A stretch of 40,812 nt of DNA, taken from NCBI GenBank assembly GCA_029258835.1, contig JAPDJY010000002.1:1-40812 (forward strand), read 5' to 3'. A program made the position numbers and the translations under genes. Below, one piece after another: positions 18,948 through 26,857 of this stretch; the stretch's first letter is position 1; every line of letters starts with the position of its first letter. This stretch comes from Thermoproteota archaeon (GTDB lineage Archaea > Asgardarchaeota > Jordiarchaeia > Jordiarchaeales > Freyrarchaeaceae). The notes beneath the pieces are model-generated. The model made no database searches. It saw only the letters and a program-made list of their open reading frames with translations, and was not told where the DNA came from.

Positions 18948-19688
18948 CTAGGCCGGGTGTAGGAGGTTTACCATTCGGTAAAGCGACGTTGATATGAGGA
19001 AGAGGGGGTCGTGGACGGGGTAGAAGGCGAGATAGACTGGGAGGGTCACGGCGGCGGCTACGATGGCGCCTGCGACGGCTTGGGCTGTGGTGTGTGCTTT
19101 AAGCTTAACCCTCGCCCAGGCTAAGGCTGCTGCGAGGACTAGTGCGGGTAGCCCTGCCAGGCCGTACACGTAGACTAAGGCTGCCGCTGGCCCCCCTATC
19201 CCCGCCGTGTGAACGCTAATCTTCCACTTAAAGTTGATCAGCATGCATGCTAAGGCTACGAAGAGGTAGGAGAGGGAGAGGGCGGCCATGGGGTCTGACC
19301 TGTAGTAGGTGAAGATCAGCGACGCGGAAAGGTAACCGAGGAGACCTATAAGGTAAAAAACCACCCTCTCCCTCCTCCCTGACCGGTTGAAGGATATTAG
19401 ACCCTTCCATAGGGCGTACGCTAAGGGTAACCCGGGGACTAGAACCATGGTTACGGTGCCAATCAGCAGGCACTGGGCGGGGGTGAGGTACATGCCTGTC
19501 CCTGTAGGGGAGAAGTAAGAGAAGACCACCACCATTATTAGTGTAACGTTCTGAGCCGGGAAAAACCTTGAGAGAAGGTTGGCTAGGAGGTAGCCCTTAC
19601 CCTTCTCATCTCCCATCAAGACCACCAGTAGCTCAGGCAAGAAAATTCTTTTAAACGTTTCCGTCGGCGCCTCCGCCGTAGCATCCAT
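18948..19688 (-). CDS. PAP2-superfamily-like integral membrane protein
   Basis: Multiple TM segments; WKISVHTAG and WARVKLKAHT resemble PAP2 C2/C3 motifs. Confidence 0.7.
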   Translation of the reverse strand: MDATAEAPTETFKRIFLPELLVVLMGDEKGKGYLLANLLSRFFPAQNVTLIMVVVFSYFSPTGTGMYLTPAQCLLIGTVTMVLVPGLPLAYALWKGLISFNRSGRRERVVFYLIGLLGYLSASLIFTYYRSDPMAALSLSYLFVALACMLINFKWKISVHTAGIGGPAAALVYVYGLAGLPALVLAAALAWARVKLKAHTTAQAVAGAIVAAAVTLPVYLAFYPVHDPLFLISTSLYRMVNLLHPA

Positions 19689-19689
19689 C

Positions 19690-20139
19690 TTAATACTCCC
19701 TGGTAAGGTATATTAGGGCTGGTAGGGCTGCAAGTGTGCAGGCGAGGTAGGCTAGGGAGTGGTATATGGTTGCGTCTGGGAACAGTGCTGTGAGGAGCGC
19801 TACCGGGAGGAGGGGCTGCAGCAGGTATCCCGAGGAGATGAAGGATGCGAAACGTGACGTCACGAACAGGATTAAGTATGCTGCGGGGAGGTAGGTTCTC
19901 GTCCTTTTCAGGTATAACTCGGCAATAGACGTGAACCCTAGGGCTCCCGATACGAATGGGGCCGCCTCAACAGCTGAACCCCAAAATTGCAGGGTGAGCC
20001 ATGAAGGCTGGAACATGAAGGGGTACTGGCTTGGCGTTGAAGGGTATAGGAGGTTGAGGATGCCGGCTGATAGTGAAAGGATTGATAGTAGGAGGAGTAG
20101 AGTTGCAGCTGCGACGGCGCCCTTATCCGCCGTCACCAC
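19690..20139 (-). CDS. Hypothetical membrane protein
   Basis: About 4 hydrophobic segments; tightly packed between mop and the PAP2-like gene. Confidence 0.65.
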   Translation of the reverse strand: MVTADKGAVAAATLLLLLSILSLSAGILNLLYPSTPSQYPFMFQPSWLTLQFWGSAVEAAPFVSGALGFTSIAELYLKRTRTYLPAAYLILFVTSRFASFISSGYLLQPLLPVALLTALFPDATIYHSLAYLACTLAALPALIYLTREY

Positions 20140-20347
20140 CCCCCTTCGCTATGATTACCTCCGTTGCCTTGAAGACTGCTTCAACCCGGTCACCCCTCCT
20201 TAAATCCAGCTCCCTCGCGGCGTCGCTGGTTATTAGGGCCACTATCTCCCCTGGCTTGTCAACCTTAACCCAAATCCTTGACACTGCCCCGTCCCGCTCA
20301 ATCCTAACTATTCTGCCTTTAAACTGGTTTCTAGCGCTGAGCCTCAC
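20123..20347 (-). CDS. mop: Molybdate/tungstate-binding TOBE protein (Mop/molbindin)
   Basis: MRLSARNQFKGRIV...ALIT...LDLRRGDRVEAVFKATEV. Confidence 0.9.
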   Translation of the reverse strand: MRLSARNQFKGRIVRIERDGAVSRIWVKVDKPGEIVALITSDAARELDLRRGDRVEAVFKATEVIIAKGGGDGG

Positions 20348-20943
20348 AGTTTCTCCTCCTTGCTCACCATGACCTCGGTTGCCTTGACGATTACGGTCAC
20401 CTTATCCCCAACCTTGAGGTTTAAGTCCTCCACAGACCTTGAAGATATGACGGACACCAGCTTAAATGACTGGTTAACCCCTACGCTGACCATGGCGGCG
20501 GGACCATCCACCTCAACGCTTTTAACCCATCCAGGGACGACGTTCCTGTCAGGGATGGAGAGACCGCAAGCCTCCCACATCTCAGGGTTGCTGAGGGCAT
20601 TATTGAGGAAGCGCTCGAAGCGGGAGTACTTGGAGAGGAGCAGCCTCCCGGTCTGCGTTAAAACGGTTTTACCCTTTTCCTTTCCACCCCTCACCGACTC
20701 TACAACCTTTTCCCCCAGCCTATCCTCGATCTTCCTTAGGTAGTTCCAAGCGTACTTATATGAAATCCCAAGCTTCTCGGCAGCCCTCCTAATGCTCCCC
20801 TCAACCAGAACGTTTCTGAGTATGGCAGCCCCGCCCTTACCTATCAAGTTCTTGCCGTCAGCCTCAAGCCAAACCTTAACCCTAGGGTTAACCTTCAAAA
20901 GCGGAAACCTCCAACCAAAACGTAACAGCAACCTTCTTTTCAA
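20344..20943 (-). CDS. modE: ModE-type molybdenum-responsive regulator (wHTH + TOBE)
   Basis: KVWLE..G...GSIRRAAEKLGISYKYAWNYL, RGGKEKG, C-terminal TOBE ...KVGDKVTVIVKATEV. Confidence 0.88.
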   Translation of the reverse strand: MKRRLLLRFGWRFPLLKVNPRVKVWLEADGKNLIGKGGAAILRNVLVEGSIRRAAEKLGISYKYAWNYLRKIEDRLGEKVVESVRGGKEKGKTVLTQTGRLLLSKYSRFERFLNNALSNPEMWEACGLSIPDRNVVPGWVKSVEVDGPAAMVSVGVNQSFKLVSVISSRSVEDLNLKVGDKVTVIVKATEVMVSKEEKL

Positions 20944-21503
20944 GCTTACGCTAACACGCCTCCGGGAGAGGATGCCTCCAGTAAGGGGATACTGGCAACT
21001 ACCTAGTTCACGTGGAAGCCTGAAGGTGGACTGGTGAAGGGAAAGGAGAGAGCGTAGGGTAAGATAATGCGTGAACCTTCACTTTGCCTTCCCGGGAAGG
21101 GGCTCTCTTTTTCCTTTTCCACGTGGCTTGATTGGGGAATTGCAATCTTCCATTAAATGGCCATTTTATAATAAACATTTTATATTTCATGATTCCTATT
21201 TTTCTTAAAAAAATTTTTGAGGATCAAAAAGTTTAAATGGCGGTGGCTTCCATATTTCCTATACGAAACGGATGTTAAATAGTTGACATTTTTTTGTAAA
21301 ATGGATTATTGAAATGGGAATGTATGTTGTTGGAATCACAATAAAAGGAGGTTAAAATTGAATTATTTTTATCTTCATGCCCTTCTTCTCCTTAAACAAT
21401 TAAGGGGAAGTGAAAATTTAGGTTGGGTTAACAAATGAGGTGGCGGCGTTCTTTAGGTAAGAGGGGGAAAGCCGCCCTCCTCACAGGTTTAGAGGTGGCC
21501 AAT

Positions 21504-22394
21504 ATGCCTGATTTTAGAGGGGTTAGCAGCCCCCCTCTTGAAGGTCTACCCCCCTCATTCATCGAGATCCCGATTGTCCTTAATGGTTTGGCCGATAGGG
21601 TTAATTTCTTCACGGAATTTAGCGGTCTCCTAGGAGTCAAAGGCGAGGTTGTCTACGTTGAAGTTAAACCTCTAGGAACCTTCATAAACGAAGTTGACAT
21701 GGTGAGCGTGACGACAACCAAGGGGAGCTACAGGTTCGTTTTAAAGTCCTTCTCGTCGTGGGGGCTCTTCAAGTGGTTCCCATTATGGGTCGCGTCCTAC
21801 GCCCGGGCGAACTTCAGCATAAGCGGGAAGAGCAGGTTGAAGAACGAGCTTAGAGCACACCTCATACTTGAAAGGCTGGGTGTGAACACCCCTAACGTGT
21901 ACTGCTACGATCTTAAGAGGGCTAAGGCGCTCTACGAGTTCATAGATGCGGAAAACCTTGACGAGATAGTTAAGGAGGCTAGAAGGGAGGACAAGCTGGA
22001 CGAGCTGGCTGAAACCTACATGATGGTCGGCAGGGAGGTCTCCAGAATACACAATGCAGGCTACGTTCTCGGAGACTGCAAGCCGGCAAACATACTCTAC
22101 GTGGAAGAGAAGAAGCAAACATACTACATCGACCTTGAACAGGCAAGGGTGGGCGACAGGAAGCTCAGCGGGTGGGATGTATGCGAGTTCGTAATGTTCA
22201 CGGGACGCTTCTTCATACTTCCGAGGAAGGCTAAGGAGATATGTGAGGCGTTCCTTCAAGGCTACAGCGAGCAGGGAGAAAAAAGGGTTTTAAGGGAGGC
22301 TGCATCGGTGAAGATGGCCCAGCCCTTCGTTGGCATGGTGTCGCCGGTGGTTCTCCAAGCCCTGAGAGCGCTCATAGCGGACTACGCCCAGTAG
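21504..22394 (+). CDS. Atypical protein-kinase-like fold protein (Bud32/RIO/Kdo-kinase-like)
   Basis: FVLK, LYEFID, IHNAGYVLGDCKPANIL, YYIDLEQA; ATG 21504 after GAGGTGG (ORF from 21435). Confidence 0.8.
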   Translation: MPDFRGVSSPPLEGLPPSFIEIPIVLNGLADRVNFFTEFSGLLGVKGEVVYVEVKPLGTFINEVDMVSVTTTKGSYRFVLKSFSSWGLFKWFPLWVASYARANFSISGKSRLKNELRAHLILERLGVNTPNVYCYDLKRAKALYEFIDAENLDEIVKEARREDKLDELAETYMMVGREVSRIHNAGYVLGDCKPANILYVEEKKQTYYIDLEQARVGDRKLSGWDVCEFVMFTGRFFILPRKAKEICEAFLQGYSEQGEKRVLREAASVKMAQPFVGMVSPVVLQALRALIADYAQ

Positions 22395-22397
22395 AGC

Positions 22398-22937
22398 CTA
22401 CCTTCCACCATACTCCTCCCAGTGAAGCATTTCCTCCAGCGGCTTGCGGCGGGGAGGCTTCGGGGCCTCCAGCGGGTAGCCCAGCGCGATTATCGCGAAG
22501 GGGTCTATGTTCCTTGGAAGGTTAAGCATCTCCCTGACCCTGTTTTTGTCGAAGACCGAATCCCAGCAGGTGCCCAGACCAAGCGCGTAGGCGGCAAGCA
22601 TCATGTTCTGCACCGCCACGGCGGCGTCTAGAGGGGCAAAATACTTCACCCCAAGCTCGCCGTAGCGGGAGCCGGCCCTATCCAAGTTCACGCACACAAC
22701 CAATGCTACGGGGGCATCCTTAAGGTAGGCGGCGTACCCTGAGATTTCAGCCATAACGTGCCTTTTCTCCGGATCCGTTACGACGACCACTTCGACGGGC
22801 TGTGTGTTACCGGACGAGGGAGCCCACCTCCCAGCGTCAACCACCTTCTCGATCAACTCCCTGTCAACAGGCTTCGAATCATACTTCCTCACGCTTCTCC
22901 TCCCTCGAATAGCCTCGAAAACGTCCACTCTAACCAC
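22398..22937 (-). CDS. Nitroreductase family protein
   Basis: RRSVRKY, WAPSSGNTQP, QNMMLAAYALGLGTCW, IIALGYP. Confidence 0.93.
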   Translation of the reverse strand: MVRVDVFEAIRGRRSVRKYDSKPVDRELIEKVVDAGRWAPSSGNTQPVEVVVVTDPEKRHVMAEISGYAAYLKDAPVALVVCVNLDRAGSRYGELGVKYFAPLDAAVAVQNMMLAAYALGLGTCWDSVFDKNRVREMLNLPRNIDPFAIIALGYPLEAPKPPRRKPLEEMLHWEEYGGR

Positions 22938-23084
22938 CAGCCAAGCGGAAAGGCTACTCTTAACTATCCACAGAGGAGAGCATCCGTCTTAAAGAGCTTT
23001 CCCAGCAGCGCCATCTAGCCGGGCCGAGGCGTGTAGCAGAGGAATTTTAAAAAGGTGAAAGGAGGGGTTTAACACCGGGTAACG

Positions 23085-23114
23085 CTAAATAAAAATGGTC
23101 TAAATAAAAATGGT
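23085..23114 (-). repeat. 15-bp tandem duplication; T-rich on the minus strand, candidate terminator of the fdh operon
   Basis: ctaaataaaaatggt x2, ending 15 bp from the fdhB stop. Confidence 0.55.
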
Positions 23115-23128
23115 GTTTATGGTGGATG

Positions 23129-24376
23129 CTACCGGCGCTTTGCGGGTTGCCCACGCAGCTCCGTGAAGAAGAGTAAGGGGTCCTCCATTCTCGCTTCCTC
23201 GTCGCTTACGAAGGCTAGTGGCGGCGGTTCGTCGACGCTCATTCCGGGAACATAGTTGAACATCTCGCTAAGCTCTTTGTTGATCATGTGGCACAGCTTG
23301 GCGATGGGGATTTCAGCCATGCACACGTCCTGGCACTGACCGCAGTTCACGCACGAGTCGGCAACGTGGACTATTCTTAGAAGTGAGAACATCCTCTCAG
23401 GCGGGAGGCCGCCCACCTTCACGATCCCCCTCTCGGGTTCAAGGCGGCAGTCGGTGCAGTAGCATATTGGGCAAACATCCCTGCATGCAAAGCACTTAAC
23501 GCACCTCTCAAACTCTCCTAGCCAGTAGCGTAGCCTCTCGGCGGGCTTCATCTCCCTGAGCTCGCCGAAGTCTCTTTTCTGCCACGCCTCTGCAAGCCTC
23601 AAATAGTATTCCTCACTTCTCGCCCTTTCAGAAATATTGCTTTCTCCCGCTGGTTCAACACGTACGAATCCTGCCCGGGAGGCCTCCTCCAGCAGCAGAG
23701 CACCCTTCTCGGAGCAGACCTCCACGAAGGACGCCTTACCGTCCGAGACCCCCCACTTTCCGACGGCTAAGTCGGCCATTCTCGGAATCTTAACCTCGCA
23801 CCTCCTGCAGTTTTCCCTCCTGCCAAGCCCCTCTTCCTCAAGCTTTTCCAAGTCCTCTTCCACGGTTTTCCCGTTAGAAAGGAACAATACAAGCTTGCCA
23901 TCCTCGATCTCCTCGGCCACCACGTCCTCAGGCTTAACCCCCATCCTATCAAGCATCACCCTGAAGGTTTGCGGGGAGAACGTCCCTGAGCAGTTAACCC
24001 CTATCATCAAAAGGTTTTCACGATTCACCTGCTCCCTCTTAGCAAGCTCAACTATGGCCCTCGCGTCGCATGGCTTGACGACGACGGCCAGCTTGAAGCC
24101 GAAAGCCCCGTCAAGGTAGTTCTTTACGAACTTAGCTATGTTAGGCGTTACACAGTGGAGGGCTCCTGGAGGGCGCCTGATGGAGTCAGCATCCCTCACC
24201 AGGGAGAGGACTCCGCCAAGCCGGCTTCCATCCCTCCTATCCACAAAGAGGACTGCGTCAACCATCTTACTCTTCAAGGCAAACTTTAGAAGCGACGTAA
24301 TGACGCCGCCGTGCTCGCTTGCCTCAAGCACGTCCTCGTCTCCAGACCATGCAATGTAGCATTCCCCAACGTTCAC
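23129..24376 (-). CDS. fdhB: Formate dehydrogenase beta subunit (FrhB/FdhB family, F420-binding fold plus 4Fe-4S clusters)
   Basis: GGVITSLL, KPCDARAIVELAKR.Q, IGVNCSGT, RRENCRRC, CVKCFACRDVCPICYC, SCVNCGQCQDVC. Confidence 0.9.
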   Translation of the reverse strand: MNVGECYIAWSGDEDVLEASEHGGVITSLLKFALKSKMVDAVLFVDRRDGSRLGGVLSLVRDADSIRRPPGALHCVTPNIAKFVKNYLDGAFGFKLAVVVKPCDARAIVELAKREQVNRENLLMIGVNCSGTFSPQTFRVMLDRMGVKPEDVVAEEIEDGKLVLFLSNGKTVEEDLEKLEEEGLGRRENCRRCEVKIPRMADLAVGKWGVSDGKASFVEVCSEKGALLLEEASRAGFVRVEPAGESNISERARSEEYYLRLAEAWQKRDFGELREMKPAERLRYWLGEFERCVKCFACRDVCPICYCTDCRLEPERGIVKVGGLPPERMFSLLRIVHVADSCVNCGQCQDVCMAEIPIAKLCHMINKELSEMFNYVPGMSVDEPPPLAFVSDEEARMEDPLLFFTELRGQPAKRR

Positions 24377-26433
24377 TTATCTCCCTCCTTCTCTATTTTA
24401 ACGGCGCAGAGCTTAAATTCAGGCATTTTCGCGCCGGGGGCAAGCGCAGGGTTTGTAAGGAGGTTTGCAGCGCACTCGGAGAAGTGGAAGGGCATGAAAA
24501 GAAGTCCTTCTGGAACCTCATCTGAAACCCTTGCTTCCACCATGACCCTTCCACGCCTCGAAACAAGGTAAACCTTGTCTCCGTTCCTCACCCTGTACCT
24601 TCTGGCGTCGCCTTCACTTATCGCAACGTAACCCGTCGGGATCTCGCCGTTAAGCCTACGAGTCCTCCTAGTCATTGTCCCGGTGTGATAATGAAAGATC
24701 ACTCTTCCAGTCGTCAGCATGAGGGGGTAATCGCCGTCTGGAAGCTCTGCGGGAGGTTTGTACTCGACAACCTTGAAGTGTCCTAGTCCGTCAGGCGTCC
24801 CAAACCTCTCAACAAACATCGTCGGGGTTCCAGGGTGATCCTCCGAGGGGCACGGCCACTGAATGCCCTGAGGCGACTTCTCCAGCCGCTCATAGGTTAT
24901 CCCCCTATACTGCGGGACGCACCGGCGGATCTCGTCGAAGATGTCCCGTGAAGAGCCGTAGTTAAAGTATTTACCGTATCCCATCCTCTCCGCTATCTTA
25001 CATATTATCTGCCAGTCTGGCATTGCCTCCCCTGGAGGGTCTACCGCCTTCCTCACCAGCTGCACCCGCCTGTCGGTCCAGGCGTGGACGCCTGTTTTCT
25101 CAGCCCATGCAGCTGCGGGTAAAACCACGTCCGCCAGCTTGGCTGTCTCGGTCATCAGGATGTCTTGGACGACGACGAAGTCCTTCTCCTCGAGCATCCT
25201 CCTCACGTTGTTGATGTCTGGCGCTGAAACCATGATGTTGAAGCCTACAATGTATAGTTGCTTGCACGTTTCCAGCATTTCCATGGTGGTTTTCCCCGGC
25301 TTCTCTGGTAGCTCGTCGACACCCCACGCCTCCTTAAAGAACTTGAACGTTTCCTCTTCGAGCCTTTTAAATCCGGGGTAGAAGACGGGTAGGCATCCCA
25401 TGTCGCCTGTCCCCTCGCCCGTTATCTGCCCCCTCATGGGGTTCACCCCGCAGCCTGGCTTCCCTACTTGACCTGTGAGCATGGCTAGGTCTGCTAAGGC
25501 GGATATCTTGTCGACGCCCGTCGTGTACTCTGTTATGCCTTCATCGTAGAGGATGCTGGCGTCCTCGGCTTGAGCGTACGTTAAGGCAGCCTCCCTTATC
25601 TTTTCTAGAGGAACCCTCGTGACCTTCTCGACCTCTTCGAGGTCTAGCTTTAGCAGGTGCTCTCTTAGCTCCTCAAAACCGACGGTTCTTTCCTCTATGA
25701 ACTTTCTGTTTTCGAGTCCCTCGTCGAGTATGATCCTCATCATCCCGTTCACCAGCGCCACGTCAGTCCCCGGAGCAAGTTGAAGGTGTATGTCAGCGTA
25801 AAGTTTCGCTGTGAGGGTTCTCCTCGGATCTATAACTATGACCTTCGCACCACGCTTCTTTGCACGCCTCACACGCCTAGCGATTGCAGGGAACGTTTCG
25901 TGAATGTTTACTCCAGCTATTATGAAGCAGTCGGGGAGCTCGTAGTCCAGCACTGAAGCCTCCATCACGCCTGACCCGACCGTCGGCCCCAGCCCTCCAA
26001 CCGTTGTAGAATGGCAGAAGCGTGCACAGTAGTCTATGTTGTTCGTCTTCATCACGATCCTTGCAAACTTCTGCAGGACGTATCCTTCCTCGTTGGTCGT
26101 CTTACCTGAAGCTAGGACTCCGAACTCGTCAGGGGACGCCTTCCCGAACTCCTCTGCGACCCTTCCTATGGCTTCATCCCATGAAGCCTCCACCAGTTCT
26201 CCGTTACGCCTTACGAGAGGCTTTCTAAGCCTATCCTTAGCGTAGAGGAACTCGTAGGCGTTCCTCCCCTTCGGGCAAAGCTTCCCCTCGCTTACGGGAT
26301 GCTCCTTCCACGGCTCAACGCCGACTATGCGGCCACCTTTCACTATGAGGTACAAGCCGCACCCGCAGCCACAGTAAGGGCATATCGTGGGAACCCACTT
26401 GATGTCTTCCAGCTGTTCAAGCGTTGAACTCAA
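24373..26433 (-). CDS. fdhA: Formate dehydrogenase alpha subunit (Mo/W-bisPGD, Cys ligand)
   Basis: CPYCGCGC...LCPKG, NNIDYCARFCHS, PMRGQ, ADVVLPAAAWAEK, LTTGRVIFHYHTGTMTRR, PEFKLCAV. Confidence 0.9.
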   Translation of the reverse strand: MSSTLEQLEDIKWVPTICPYCGCGCGLYLIVKGGRIVGVEPWKEHPVSEGKLCPKGRNAYEFLYAKDRLRKPLVRRNGELVEASWDEAIGRVAEEFGKASPDEFGVLASGKTTNEEGYVLQKFARIVMKTNNIDYCARFCHSTTVGGLGPTVGSGVMEASVLDYELPDCFIIAGVNIHETFPAIARRVRRAKKRGAKVIVIDPRRTLTAKLYADIHLQLAPGTDVALVNGMMRIILDEGLENRKFIEERTVGFEELREHLLKLDLEEVEKVTRVPLEKIREAALTYAQAEDASILYDEGITEYTTGVDKISALADLAMLTGQVGKPGCGVNPMRGQITGEGTGDMGCLPVFYPGFKRLEEETFKFFKEAWGVDELPEKPGKTTMEMLETCKQLYIVGFNIMVSAPDINNVRRMLEEKDFVVVQDILMTETAKLADVVLPAAAWAEKTGVHAWTDRRVQLVRKAVDPPGEAMPDWQIICKIAERMGYGKYFNYGSSRDIFDEIRRCVPQYRGITYERLEKSPQGIQWPCPSEDHPGTPTMFVERFGTPDGLGHFKVVEYKPPAELPDGDYPLMLTTGRVIFHYHTGTMTRRTRRLNGEIPTGYVAISEGDARRYRVRNGDKVYLVSRRGRVMVEARVSDEVPEGLLFMPFHFSECAANLLTNPALAPGAKMPEFKLCAVKIEKEGDK

Positions 26434-26437
26434 CGTT

Positions 26438-26848
26438 TCACTCCCCTCTCAGAGGGCTTGGACCCAGGCTCTTTACTTCGTCGACGAACTCCTTCACGAC
26501 CCTAGCGAACTTCTCCCCTTCGGAAGCCGAGATCCACTCTAAACGTAGACGCTCCGGCTCCAAGCCCAAGACCTCCAGAACCTTCTTCAGCATGGACACC
26601 CTACGCCTTGCGAACAGGTTTCCCCTAATGTAATGGCAGTCCCCCGGATGGCAACCGCCGACGAGCACCCCGTCGGCCCCGCTGAGGAACGCCTTCAAAA
26701 CGAACACCGGGTCAAGGCGTCCAGTGCACATTAGCCTTATAATGCGAATGTTTGGCGGGTAGCTTATGCGGGAGACCCCTGCGAGGTCTGCCCCAGCGTA
26801 GGTGCACCAGTTACAGGTGAAGGCGACTATCTTCGGCTCGAAGCTCAT
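26438..26848 (-). CDS. mvhD: MvhD/FlpD 2Fe-2S subunit
   Basis: FEPKIVAFTCNWCTYAGADLAG, RLMCTGR, GADGVLVGGCHPGDCHY, RLRLEWISASEG. Confidence 0.95.
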   Translation of the reverse strand: MSFEPKIVAFTCNWCTYAGADLAGVSRISYPPNIRIIRLMCTGRLDPVFVLKAFLSGADGVLVGGCHPGDCHYIRGNLFARRRVSMLKKVLEVLGLEPERLRLEWISASEGEKFARVVKEFVDEVKSLGPSPLRGE

Positions 26849-26857
26849 CCTTCCACC

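Noticed and set aside
24373-26848. Selenocysteine recoding in FdhA or MvhD
   Set aside because: Both ORFs are uninterrupted with Cys at the relevant positions; no in-frame TGA.
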